Positions 46,929 through 56,076 of a stretch of 64,000 nucleotides of DNA are shown here, one piece after another. Origin of the DNA: a virus (taxonomy: Duplodnaviria > Caudoviricetes); IMG/VR virus record IMGVR_UViG_3300037249_000354, positions 557 to 64,556 of that record. One strand, 5' to 3'. The translations under genes and the position numbers were made by a program. Numbering within the stretch: the first letter of the stretch is position 1; the number at the start of each line of letters is the position of its first letter. The notes under the pieces were generated by a model, which saw only the letters and a program-made list of their open reading frames with translations, did not search any database and was not told the origin of the DNA.

Positions 46929-47486
46929 CTAAAAGGGTATCTCCTGGCTCCAATCATCCTGTGACAACTTCGGACGCTGATTATCTTCCTTCAGCTTCTT
47001 CACTCTCGGAACCTTGGCATCAGCCATCTTTGACAGCGGTATCATACGGCTACACTTCACAGAAGTGTGAATCTCACCGTCCCTCTGGCTACGGTACTCT
47101 TCCTCGCCCATCACAAGGCCGATAACCTTATTCTTCAGCGTGGTTTCCTCCATGTTGAAGGTGTAGCCGGGATTGGATTCCTCAACGTCCTCAACGAAGG
47201 CTTTCAGTCTGCCCATGTGGTCATCATCAATCAACATATAGGTAACACCGCCATTAGGCCACTTGGCTTCCTTGCCATCCTTGCCAACATTTTTCCCGTA
47301 CAAATCCATGAAGTACCCTTCGTACTCGCCCTCTGCAATGTCAAAGGCAATCGCCAGCATGTGCTTGCCACTCTTACTCAGCTTCTGCACCACGTTCTTG
47401 ATAACGCCCTTATAGATACCTGCTGGCAATGCCCTGCCACGCTCTGCCTTGGTGTTCTGCCACTTCTGAGAATCAATGTTCAACAT
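46929..47486 (-). CDS. ssDNA-binding protein (DUF669-like OB fold)
   Basis: LPAGIYKGVI...SKSGKHMLAIAFDI; acidic C-terminal EIPF tail. Confidence 0.75.
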   Translation of the reverse strand: MLNIDSQKWQNTKAERGRALPAGIYKGVIKNVVQKLSKSGKHMLAIAFDIAEGEYEGYFMDLYGKNVGKDGKEAKWPNGGVTYMLIDDDHMGRLKAFVEDVEESNPGYTFNMEETTLKNKVIGLVMGEEEYRSQRDGEIHTSVKCSRMIPLSKMADAKVPRVKKLKEDNQRPKLSQDDWSQEIPF

Positions 47487-47590
47487 TTTTCATTTCTCCT
47501 TTGATTACAGTAAAAATCAACCTTCAAATGCGCTAGGGTATATAAGTGTACCTTTGGTAGCCTATAACATAAGTTTTCTTGTTCGTTTGT

Positions 47591-47884
47591 CTACAAACTT
47601 TTGCGAGAACGGATTTCAGCAAGTCTTTCTGCCGCCGCTATCTTTTCTTCTTCTGTCATTTCACGCCTAGCAGGTGCCTTGCTCCGAATCGTAATCATGT
47701 TCCTGCCTGCCGTGAAGTCCATTGCCACCACCTCGCCATCCTGCCGGTACTCTTTCACAAGAGTGTATTCCGGCGAAGCAGACAGCTTGCGCATTAGCGG
47801 TGGATAGGCTGTGTAAAGTACAATGCCATCCTCTGCCGCATTAAAGGTTATTGTGGTTTCCTGCTCTAGCCTTGATAAGCCCAT
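47591..47884 (-). CDS. hypothetical protein
   Basis: EQETTITFN...MTEEEKIAAAERL motif. Confidence 0.7.
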   Translation of the reverse strand: MGLSRLEQETTITFNAAEDGIVLYTAYPPLMRKLSASPEYTLVKEYRQDGEVVAMDFTAGRNMITIRSKAPARREMTEEEKIAAAERLAEIRSRKSL

Positions 47885-47890
47885 GTGTTA

Positions 47891-48541
47891 TCACCCTTCT
47901 TCGTATTCTCTCAGCTTCTTGAGAACCACGGCAATGTCGTTCTCAATTTCATCTTCTTCAAACAAGCCAAGCGGCGTTTTTGCTGTACTGTTCTTGGCAT
48001 GAACTTCGAATACATATTTGCCCTCATTTGCCCTTGCCAGAAGTACCACCGTGAACTTGCTTTCAGGCACGATTTTTTCAAGTTTTCGTCCACTTGTTTT
48101 CATGTGAGTGAACTGGTAGCCACCATCAGTCATTTCAGTTTGACAGTGCGCGGTGCAAATAACTGTCAAATCCTCTCTGAGTGTGCCTATCATGTCCATG
48201 ATGCCATAGATTGAAGTGGCTAAATCGCGCCACGCATCGAAGCTGTTAGCCTTACGTTCGGCCATTTCCTGCGCCAACATTGCACCGTTCAAGGTGTCGA
48301 TGATAGCCACCTTGATATGTGGCATTTTATCGCTAATGTGCCTCAAATATCCTTGTATTTTATGGGCATCGTCACACACAAGATAGTTCTTGTTTTCAGC
48401 GTTATATTGCTTCTTCCAGCCACGCCACGGTAGCGGTTTTTTGTCGCTATTTATAATCAATGTTTCAGCAGGGTTCAAGTTGCGAAAGCTAGTGCTTTTG
48501 CCATGCCCAGAGTTGCCGATTATGAGTATTCCAGTAGCCAT
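47891..48541 (-). CDS. AAA_24/Sak4-like ATPase (ssDNA annealing)
   Basis: GNSGHGKST Walker A, IIDT Walker B; located between Gp157 and SSB. Confidence 0.8.
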   Translation of the reverse strand: MATGILIIGNSGHGKSTSFRNLNPAETLIINSDKKPLPWRGWKKQYNAENKNYLVCDDAHKIQGYLRHISDKMPHIKVAIIDTLNGAMLAQEMAERKANSFDAWRDLATSIYGIMDMIGTLREDLTVICTAHCQTEMTDGGYQFTHMKTSGRKLEKIVPESKFTVVLLARANEGKYVFEVHAKNSTAKTPLGLFEEDEIENDIAVVLKKLREYEEG

Positions 48542-48732
48542 TACTGCTTCACATCCTTTTTTATAAGCCCTGCCTTTTTGTATTCTCTCTGCTTGAAAAT
48601 AGCCGCTCTCCTAATAAAATCTGCCATGGTTAAATTTTCAATCCTTGCGACTTCCTTCAATGCTTCATACTCATAGGGGTAAAATTTCACATTGAAGATT
48701 TTTGTTCTTCTGGTTTCTGCCCTGCTTGCCAT
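48541..48732 (-). CDS. ribbon-helix-helix regulator
   Basis: FNVKFYPYEYEALKEVARIENLTMADFIR. Confidence 0.7.
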   Translation of the reverse strand: MASRAETRRTKIFNVKFYPYEYEALKEVARIENLTMADFIRRAAIFKQREYKKAGLIKKDVKQ

Positions 48733-48909
48733 TACGCTTTCACCTTCTCTTTCATTTCGCGGTAGCAATTACCGCAATACATCTTGCCATCAACATCATA
48801 ATGCACATCGCCTAATGGTATTTTTGTATTGCATACAACACAACGATTAGATAGCTTATACAAAGCCTTTCTGATTGAGTTGTGCGGTGTTTTTATCTTG
48901 CCCATGCCA

Positions 48910-49371
48910 TCACCTTATCTGGATGTTCTGCTTTTGCACCAGCCTTACGCCCTCAACCTTGGTGCCATTCTTCAAAGCTGTTTTTAGCCCTGCCTTGTCA
49001 ACAACAGGCTCTTGCAACTTCAAGAACTTAGCAGGTATTACCGCATCTTCATCTACCTCTACACTCTCAGATGGAGAGTAGTAGATGCTGAACTCAGCCT
49101 CTTTCATCTTCTGCCCTGCCAGTTCTCTTTGCAGGGTTTCCTTCGCCCATGCAAGGGTTTTCTCAGCCGCCACGCGCTTCGCTTTGAAGCGGTTTTCCTG
49201 CTCCTTGTAAGCCTGTATATCAGCCTTGGCATTGAGTGCCACAAAGCCGATGTTTCTCAGCTTCTCTTTGCGGTCAATTTGCAGGGATTCCAGTTTATCT
49301 GGGTCAAGGATTTCGCCAGTTTCCAAATCCAGGCATGAAAGAATCTCATCGTTAATTTCATACAATGTCAT
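48910..49371 (-). CDS. Siphovirus Gp157-family protein
   Basis: MTLYEINDEI...DKAGLKTALKNGTKVEGVRLVQKQNIQIR. Confidence 0.9.
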   Translation of the reverse strand: MTLYEINDEILSCLDLETGEILDPDKLESLQIDRKEKLRNIGFVALNAKADIQAYKEQENRFKAKRVAAEKTLAWAKETLQRELAGQKMKEAEFSIYYSPSESVEVDEDAVIPAKFLKLQEPVVDKAGLKTALKNGTKVEGVRLVQKQNIQIR

Positions 49372-49733
49372 GCTACTATCTCCTCCTGCTTTTTGCTTTC
49401 ATGCTTCAAAGCCTCCATCATTTCACCACGGGTTATGTTGTGGTAGTAGGTGTGCACCGCATCAACAGGCCATTTCTGGTAACACACATCTATGAATGAG
49501 AAGTTGTCATACTCTGAACTCTCAAAGCTGAAGAACGGCTCATAGAACACCAGATGCCACGTTTCTTCGTTAATGTCATCATCATCAGGATAGTTATATA
49601 CCTTGATAGATACCAACTCCCTGCCTATGCCCTCATATTCATGGATTTCGTGCTGAACCTCGTCTGGCAAAGAGTTTCTATCCAAATCCGTCACATCATA
49701 CCTAGTAAGCATATTCGTTACCTCTTTTGACAC
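49368..49733 (-). CDS. acidic hypothetical protein
   Basis: 121-aa ORF; start may be MLTRY. Confidence 0.6.
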   Translation of the reverse strand: MSKEVTNMLTRYDVTDLDRNSLPDEVQHEIHEYEGIGRELVSIKVYNYPDDDDINEETWHLVFYEPFFSFESSEYDNFSFIDVCYQKWPVDAVHTYYHNITRGEMMEALKHESKKQEEIVA

Positions 49734-49981
49734 GGAGGCGATTTCTTGCTACAATGTTACTTGAAGCGAGCGACTGCCTCCAAATGTCCTTGCTTTTCTT
49801 GCAAATAAATCCCATCTTGCATGAGCACCTGTTCCCGCAGGTGCTTTTTACTTTGGGCATTTAGCCAGAGCGTCAATTATCATGCAAAGCCCAAAGATGC
49901 CAACGCCGATGCCTGCAATAAAACTGCCCAGGGAGGTGAATAGCAGGATTCTAATGCCTTTCTCCGTGAAAACATCAAACA

Positions 49982-50212
49982 TTAGCAACTCACCTCACCT
50001 TCGCATGAGAACCATCTTGCCTTGCTTTCAAGTTCGTCCTCGTCCATGTTGTTCACCACGGTTTCAGCTTCTTCAAGGCTCTTTGCCATGATTGAGAACG
50101 TGCCACGGCGAACAACATCAACGTCGTATTCCCAGAGGGATTGCTCTGGTGCTGTTGCTTCAACCATCTTTATCCACCTGCCTAATATTATCAACTGCTT
50201 TGTTAAGTTCAT
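49982..50212 (-). CDS. hypothetical protein
   Basis: 76-aa ORF; likely start MVEAT. Confidence 0.55.
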   Translation of the reverse strand: MNLTKQLIILGRWIKMVEATAPEQSLWEYDVDVVRRGTFSIMAKSLEEAETVVNNMDEDELESKARWFSCEGEVSC

Positions 50213-50521
50213 CTCCTATTGTTTCAAGCGGTATGTCGCCTTGCTTCGCTAAATCAACAGTCTCATCCATCAACTTGTCCATTAGAATCCTCCTGTCAAT
50301 GCCACCATGACCATCACGCCACCAGCCAACCCTTCAACTGTAAGCAACATTGCTCTGCCTAGCTTCTGCCACATTCTTTGCTACCTCCTTTGCTAACGTT
50401 TCGTTGAACTTCTCCACAACCTTCTGGCTGAAGTTTGCAAGTGTGAAGGTGACAGCAATGCCACCAAAGTTACCCTGATACTTCACGTTGTCTTGGTACT
50501 TCATTGCTGTCAGCCCCCTTG

Positions 50522-51295
50522 CTACGCATCTTTAATCTCACTCACGATTTCCTGGCACCACATTGGCCTATAACCGCTATGCCCGTGATTGGTGTAAGGT
50601 ATCTCTTCGCCAAATTCCTTGCCTTTGGCTGTCAAACGCCATTCACCGCCAACCTTTTCTTGAAGCCCTAGTTCGTTGAGTTTCTTGTTGACTTTCTGTG
50701 CGCTCATGCCACCAACCATTTCTCCGATTTCAGTAGCGGTAAGAAATCCGGGCTTTTCTTCGCTTGGGAGCAGAGAACGCAACGGCTCTAGGTCAATGCC
50801 ATACTCACGCCCGACCATATCCATAGCTGTTGCAATCGCTATGCCTTTCTTCACTCCGAACATCTTTTCAATGATTTCCGTGGTTCCAGCAAGGTCTTTG
50901 ATTGCCGTTTTAAGCATCCGATTCTTGGCGTGTGCCTTTGGCTTCTCTGTTTTGTACTGGCCTGTATGTAACACTTGAGGGATAACCTCGTCAAAAATCC
51001 ATGATTCAAACTTCTCAGCCTTGGCTCTAATAGTTTCGTTCTTTGACTGGTCAGCCGCCTTGGTTATCAGTCGAACAATGTCACCCTCTGTGATTACGTT
51101 GGTTTCCTGTACGCCACCCTTTGAAGGTATCCCCAACTTACGGATACCTTTGCAATGGTCGATAACTGCTTGGCTTGGCTTTGCATATTCCAATGCCCTA
51201 GCCACATCAACGCCCACCGCATAAGGCTTTCCGTCAATCTCAACCATGCGAATGTTACCAAACTCAGCATTGTTGAAAATTTGCAGTTCATTCAC
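50522..51295 (-). CDS. antirepressor (BRO-N plus KilA-C-like domain)
   Basis: MNELQIFNNAEFGNIR...DVARALEY...FESWIFDEVIPQ; C-terminal ATEIG...NKKLNELGLQ. Confidence 0.88.
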   Translation of the reverse strand: MNELQIFNNAEFGNIRMVEIDGKPYAVGVDVARALEYAKPSQAVIDHCKGIRKLGIPSKGGVQETNVITEGDIVRLITKAADQSKNETIRAKAEKFESWIFDEVIPQVLHTGQYKTEKPKAHAKNRMLKTAIKDLAGTTEIIEKMFGVKKGIAIATAMDMVGREYGIDLEPLRSLLPSEEKPGFLTATEIGEMVGGMSAQKVNKKLNELGLQEKVGGEWRLTAKGKEFGEEIPYTNHGHSGYRPMWCQEIVSEIKDA

Positions 51296-51319
51296 GTTAT
51301 CACCTCCATGTGTGCTATT

Positions 51320-51529
51320 TTAGCACTTCTTAGTGTAAAAATTTTTCACATTGCAACGCAATGCAGAAGCCAATGTGGGCAACATATCTGCCTTGAATTT
51401 GTAATCGCCATGCTCATACTTCCAATATACAGAATGTCCCTTAAACCCTAGCTTTTCAGCCATTTCTTGACAGGTTAGCTTCAATTCTTTTCGCCTGTTG
51501 GCAATGTAGGCCAGGTCAAATTCTGACAT
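51320..51529 (-). CDS. Cro-like XRE repressor
   Basis: RRKELKLTCQEMAEKLG...YWKYEHG; divergent from cI. Confidence 0.85.
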   Translation of the reverse strand: MSEFDLAYIANRRKELKLTCQEMAEKLGFKGHSVYWKYEHGDYKFKADMLPTLASALRCNVKNFYTKKC

Positions 51530-51571
51530 GATTTTTCTCCTTTCTTTGTGTTCTGTTTTGTAACTGTACTC

Positions 51572-51600
51572 ATTATACATTGCTATTTTGGAACTGTCAA
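51572..51600 (-). promoter_or_regulatory. lytic promoter for cro/early operon
   Basis: Perfect TTGACA-17 nt-TATAAT; one operator-like site lies in the spacer. Confidence 0.9.
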
Positions 51601-51678
51601 TAGGTTTTGTTGTATTTTAGAACTTTTTTGTTTCTAATATAGAAAAGTATGCTATTATAGGGATATGGAGGTGGTATC

Positions 51679-52035
51679 ATGTTTTTAGGACAGCGAATTG
51701 TAAACCTAAGAGAAGAACACGATTTAACGCAAAAAGAATTGGCAGAAAAATTAGATTTTAATAGAAGCGTTTTGAACCGCATAGAACAAGGTACGCGCCC
51801 TTGCAGGGACGATGAGTTGATAAAGATAGCTGATTTCTTCGATGTTTCGGCAGATTTCTTGCTTGGGAGAAATCCTGTTGTTGAAGAATTGCCACAACCA
51901 GCTTTTTCAAGTGATGAAAAAGAACTTGTTGCATGGTACAGAGAGTTGTCTGAGGATAGCAAGGCTCTCTTATACCTTCTGCGTTCTGGTAAGTTCACTC
52001 TTGGCAAGAAGCCAGAAAGAAGGGTCACGGCGTAG
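51679..52035 (+). CDS. CI-like XRE repressor
   Basis: LREEHDLTQKELAEKL...IEQG...IADFFDVSADFLLG; GGAGGTG RBS. Confidence 0.88.
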   Translation: MFLGQRIVNLREEHDLTQKELAEKLDFNRSVLNRIEQGTRPCRDDELIKIADFFDVSADFLLGRNPVVEELPQPAFSSDEKELVAWYRELSEDSKALLYLLRSGKFTLGKKPERRVTA

Positions 52036-52069
52036 TCTTGCCCTTCTGCCGAAAGAAAGGCAAATGAAA

Positions 52070-52097
52070 ACCGCCCACACAGCAATGGGCGGCTTTC
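52070..52097 (+). terminator. terminator after cI
   Basis: CCGCCCA/TGGGCGG stem followed by CTTT. Confidence 0.6.
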
Positions 52098-52110
52098 GGA
52101 GCAAGTATGT

Positions 52111-52413
52111 TTATGAAGATAAGGAGGTGTAATGAAATCCTGTACTTATTATTCTATAGAAGAAAGCACTCCTACGCAATAGAAAAGCCAACCCTGCAAA
52201 GAGTTGGCAATCCCATGCTAGAAAAGGTAATTCGCAAATGAGCAATATCAGTATAGCGTTGAAAGCACCTTTGTGCAATGCAAAAGAGGCCACCATCAGC
52301 CAATGGCAGCCTCCGAGCTTGTGGACAGAGATAAGCACTCTGAAGCTCCTTCTCAACTTATGCAGGAGAGAAGGTTCCTGCCGTCCGTCTGGGACATTTG
52401 TATTCTGAACCAC
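52111..52413 (-). CDS. possible hydrophobic protein between cI and integrase
   Basis: Hydrophobic C-terminal two-thirds; start and RBS unclear. Confidence 0.3.
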   Translation of the reverse strand: MVQNTNVPDGRQEPSLLHKLRRSFRVLISVHKLGGCHWLMVASFALHKGAFNAILILLICELPFLAWDCQLFAGLAFLLRRSAFFYRIISTGFHYTSLSS

Positions 52414-52530
52414 GGTTCTAGTTCATTGGTTGTATTGTATCGCTGAAAGCACTTTCGTGCAACATTGCATAATCCCACAATTTTTTCAAGCAGATTTCTG
52501 CAAAATCCCACATTTTTGGAGGTGAAACCT

Positions 52531-54012
52531 GTGAATGTTGCTATTTATGCCCGTGTCAGCACCGATGCACAAGCTGAACAAGGGTACTCGCTGGGCGCAC
52601 AGGTAGAAGATTGCACAAACAAGGCCAAAGAACTTGGCGCAACGATGATAAAAGAGTATGTGGACGATGGTTACAGCGGTGCATATTTAGAACGCCCTGC
52701 CCTTGAATCCATGCGTGAAGCCTTGCGCTCTGGCCTGTTTCAAGCCGTAGTCTGCTACGATGTAGACAGGCTATCACGCAATCTCTCTCACCAGCTAATC
52801 ATCACAGAGGATATTGAGAAGAATGGTGCTACCCTGCATTTTGTGAAGTCGAATTATGAATCCACACCAGAAGGGAGAATGTTCTACGCCATCAAAGGTG
52901 CGTTTGCCGGATATGAACGAGAGAAGATTCGTGAGAGAACTGCCAGGGGTCGGCTGGCTATGCTTCAGCAGGGCAAGGTTGTACAGGATTCTCATGTCTA
53001 CGGTTATGATTTCGACAAAGAAGAACACGCATACTACATAAATCAGGGAGAAACCCGTACCATCAGAAAGATATTCAGCCTATATCTTAGTGGGCATGGT
53101 GGTATATCTGCCATTTGCCGTTGGCTTGACGAGAATATTGACGAGTACACACCACCCAAAGGCACAGCGTGGTCTAAGTCTACGATTCACGATATTCTCA
53201 GGCAAGAAATGTATACAGGGAAGTATTACAGTAATCGCATATATCATTTCAGATTGCCGAACAAGAAAGAAGAAAAAAGGATTCGTCCGCAAGAAGAATG
53301 GATAGAAATGCGTTGCCCTGCCATTATCAGCGAAGAAGAACACCAAGAAGCCCTACGCCTGCTCAAGCGCAATAAAACCTATGATTTCCACACCAACAGA
53401 ACTCCTACGCTACTGCAAGGCATGGTGTACTGCGGCAAATGCGGTCATATGCTCCATGTTCGCAACGGTGGCACTAAGAACGGCACACGTTGGTATATGT
53501 GTTGGCGCAACAACAACCAAGGCAGAAGTGAACCTGGGTGCGGCGTAAGGTCAATGCAATGCTCTGCTGTGGATAACGCTTTCTGGGAGTTGCTTAAACA
53601 AGTTTGCAGGGACAGAGATACCTTGGCGAAGTACATGAAGCTGGGTGAGCCGCCACCACTCAAGGATAGAGAAGCCAAGCGAAAAAGAAAGATAGAGAAG
53701 ATTAAGCGTGAGCGCAAGTCTGTTATGATGTGGTACAGCAAGCAACTACTCACCTATGAAGAAGCTACAGAGAAGCTAGAAGCCCTCAAGAAAGCCGAAG
53801 ATAAGTTGTTGAAGCAAGATATACCTACTATCCCTATCCAGCCTCAGAGGGACTTACAGCAGCTTGTAGACGATGTTATGAACTGTGAGCCTACCATTGA
53901 AGCCAAGAGAGCGTTGGTGCTCAAAGTAATCGACAAGGTGGTGCTGCTTCGCACAGATAACAAAACAGGTGTCAAGAACTATGCGCTAGATATGCAGATT
54001 TCTTTCAGGTAG
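52531..54012 (+). CDS. large serine recombinase (integrase)
   Basis: AIYARVST, YVDDGYSG, DVDRLSR, recombinase domain, CGKCG Zn ribbon; GTG start after GGAGGTG. Confidence 0.95.
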   Translation: MNVAIYARVSTDAQAEQGYSLGAQVEDCTNKAKELGATMIKEYVDDGYSGAYLERPALESMREALRSGLFQAVVCYDVDRLSRNLSHQLIITEDIEKNGATLHFVKSNYESTPEGRMFYAIKGAFAGYEREKIRERTARGRLAMLQQGKVVQDSHVYGYDFDKEEHAYYINQGETRTIRKIFSLYLSGHGGISAICRWLDENIDEYTPPKGTAWSKSTIHDILRQEMYTGKYYSNRIYHFRLPNKKEEKRIRPQEEWIEMRCPAIISEEEHQEALRLLKRNKTYDFHTNRTPTLLQGMVYCGKCGHMLHVRNGGTKNGTRWYMCWRNNNQGRSEPGCGVRSMQCSAVDNAFWELLKQVCRDRDTLAKYMKLGEPPPLKDREAKRKRKIEKIKRERKSVMMWYSKQLLTYEEATEKLEALKKAEDKLLKQDIPTIPIQPQRDLQQLVDDVMNCEPTIEAKRALVLKVIDKVVLLRTDNKTGVKNYALDMQISFR

Positions 54013-54014
54013 TG

Positions 54015-54059
54015 TAGTTCGAGTGTTTGTCCCGGTTTACCTGCCCGACACTTGAACAA
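54015..54059. other. candidate attP site
   Basis: Imperfect inverted repeat GTTCGAGTGT (54017-54026)/ACACTTGAAC (54048-54057) right after the integrase stop. Confidence 0.5.
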
Positions 54060-54060
54060 T

Positions 54061-54102
54061 AAAAAGAAGCCGTGGCAAGCACTACTGCTACCACGGCTAT
54101 TT
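54061..54102. terminator. terminator between convergent integrase and endolysin
   Basis: AGCCGTGG/CCACGGCT stem with flanking A- and T-rich tracts. Confidence 0.75.
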
Positions 54103-54177
54103 ATAAATAATAAATCTATAACTCAATTTTAACACGATAAAAATGAATTAGCAACGCTGTTAATTCAGTTAATTGAG

Positions 54178-54888
54178 TTAATACAGCCCTGCTCTATCGT
54201 TGACGACAAAGATTCTCAGCATATCAAGGGACAAGTCAAGCCCTGCACCATCACCATTGAGTAATCCCTTGTCGTGCATCTTTTGGACGGTTGGTCTTGC
54301 CCACTCCGGCAAGCTGTCAATGGTGTTGAAGCGTTCCATACTTCTACCGCCTTGATTGCCCCCGTCCTGCTCAGGTGCTTCTACTGCTTCTGTAAGTCCA
54401 TGCGACTGATTGTAGTAGTAGATAGCCTTACCCTTGATTGTCCCATCATCAATCAGCTTTTGCAGGTTCTTGCCAGGACAACTGGTAGCCATGAGTTCGC
54501 CATGCCCTACGATGTGGTCATAGTCCATAGGGATGCCATATCTCTCGCAAATGTCAGCAATCAGTTCAGCACACTTTTCAATCTGGTCAGAAGTCGGCTC
54601 TGCTTGTTCAAAATCACCTGAGAGGTGTATGCCGATGGTGTGGCTGTTTTCACCGTATGCGTGGCTACCTATTGCCCATTCTGGCCTGCCACGCTCAATG
54701 GTTCCATCTTTGCGGATTACATAGTGGTAGCCAATGCCTGCCCATCCGTTATTCAAGTGCCAGCCGTGTATCTGCTCTGCCGAAGCGTCAATGTCGTTAC
54801 AACCTGTGTGGTGAATCACAATCATATCGGTGTAACTACGCTCTGATAGGCTTGAGAAGTCGAGGTTTGTTTCCTTAATGTCAATCAT
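54178..54888 (-). CDS. endolysin, N-acetylmuramoyl-L-alanine amidase (Amidase_2) with SLH-like C-terminal domain
   Basis: IVIHHTG, GWAGIGYHY, IGSHA, GHGE...TSCPG; C-terminal PEWARPTVQKMHDKGLLNG. Confidence 0.92.
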   Translation of the reverse strand: MIDIKETNLDFSSLSERSYTDMIVIHHTGCNDIDASAEQIHGWHLNNGWAGIGYHYVIRKDGTIERGRPEWAIGSHAYGENSHTIGIHLSGDFEQAEPTSDQIEKCAELIADICERYGIPMDYDHIVGHGELMATSCPGKNLQKLIDDGTIKGKAIYYYNQSHGLTEAVEAPEQDGGNQGGRSMERFNTIDSLPEWARPTVQKMHDKGLLNGDGAGLDLSLDMLRIFVVNDRAGLY

Positions 54889-55118
54889 TTGTCAACTCTC
54901 CTTCCGTTTCGTGTGAAGTAGGGTTCATCATCATCGTTGAAAGACGGCAAGATTGGCGATAAATCTCCTTCTTCTTTGACTATCTCCGTTTTCTCGCCAA
55001 GTTCACCCAACTCTGCCAGCTTCGCATAAATTGCTGGCAGATACTCTTTTGCAAAAAGAAGTTGTTCCTCATATCCCATTTCTGAAATCTCATATAGCCC
55101 AAAACTCAATGCTCTCAC
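54885..55118 (-). CDS. hypothetical protein in lysis module
   Basis: 77-aa ORF overlapping the endolysin start. Confidence 0.55.
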   Translation of the reverse strand: MRALSFGLYEISEMGYEEQLLFAKEYLPAIYAKLAELGELGEKTEIVKEEGDLSPILPSFNDDDEPYFTRNGRRVDK

Positions 55119-55119
55119 C

Positions 55120-55419
55120 CTATTTCTTTAGCGTGTCCTTGATGTTGTCGATGGTGTCTACAAGCGTTTGTCCCTGCTGTGCTACCTCAGATACTTTGCC
55201 TAGTGTCTGAGAAGTCTGGCTCTGCTGTTGTGGCTGTTCTGTATGAAGCCCACGGCTCATATATGAGAACAAGCCAATGGCTAACTCTTTGGCGATTGCT
55301 GAAATATCCATATCACCACGCAACACCGCTGAAATATCCATTGCTATCACAGTCACCACAAATGCGCCCATCAGCCCTACGGCGATAATCTTATCTGTGC
55401 TCCACCCTTTCATCTTCAC
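55120..55419 (-). CDS. putative holin
   Basis: Two hydrophobic segments, lysis-module position. Confidence 0.6.
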   Translation of the reverse strand: MKMKGWSTDKIIAVGLMGAFVVTVIAMDISAVLRGDMDISAIAKELAIGLFSYMSRGLHTEQPQQQSQTSQTLGKVSEVAQQGQTLVDTIDNIKDTLKK

Positions 55420-55711
55420 TCACCCTCTCATGCTCGTGAACGAATCCATGTTTGTATTGACAAAATTTCATAAGTTCGTCTATGCGAGAATGTGCCACCC
55501 TTGCCCGCTGGTCAACTTCGGCAAGTTTAATTTCCATCATATGTCGGCGTTCTTCACAATCTCGCAGGTCTTTTCGTAGGTCTTGTATGGCAAGTCGCAA
55601 GTCTTTCATTGTGAAGTTTAGTGGCCTTAACACAACGTAAGTAAATACGCCGCCAACAAATCCTGCTACAATGCTAACCTGCACTGCCGTATCTAGCCAG
55701 TCCATAGGCAT
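55391..55711 (-). CDS. membrane-anchored coiled-coil lysis-associated protein
   Basis: N-terminal TM, coiled coil, AHSRID motif. Confidence 0.65.
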   Translation of the reverse strand: MPMDWLDTAVQVSIVAGFVGGVFTYVVLRPLNFTMKDLRLAIQDLRKDLRDCEERRHMMEIKLAEVDQRARVAHSRIDELMKFCQYKHGFVHEHERVSEDERVEHR

Positions 55712-55767
55712 AGTCCTCCATACTAAAAATAGGCAGGACATAATGCCCTGCCTACCTCTGTTACCGC

Positions 55768-56061
55768 TTATTCAGTTTCGGATTCCTCGTCAGTCACCAT
55801 TTCAAATGCGCCTACCTGCGGATTGCCGCCAATGCCCATCTGCTTGCCAATGGTGCAATTCACTTCGTATGTGCCGTTGGAGAAGTACACATCAGTAGTG
55901 CCATAAGGCAGGTCAATGTGAGTGCCGTTGTTCTCCGTGAGAGTTTCGTTTGTGAAGTGTCCGTTGCCTACAATATCAAACGCACTTTCAGCGTTGACTG
56001 TCACTTTGAGGCAATGTTCTGTGGCGTTGTCACCTGTGAGATTATTTACTTTGATTTTCAT
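55768..56061 (-). CDS. hypothetical protein
   Basis: 97-aa ORF, AAGGAGG RBS. Confidence 0.7.
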   Translation of the reverse strand: MKIKVNNLTGDNATEHCLKVTVNAESAFDIVGNGHFTNETLTENNGTHIDLPYGTTDVYFSNGTYEVNCTIGKQMGIGGNPQVGAFEMVTDEESETE

Positions 56062-56076
56062 TGGTTAGTTCCTCCT

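Larger units (their letters stand above)
51312..51645. promoter_or_regulatory. set of 15-bp palindromic operator-like sites (consensus GTKCTA-WWW-TAGMAC)
   Basis: GTGCTATTTTAGCAC 51312, GTTCTGTTTTGTAAC 51550, TTGCTATTTTGGAAC 51580, GTTGTATTTTAGAAC 51609, TTTCTAATATAGAAA 51631. Confidence 0.7.
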
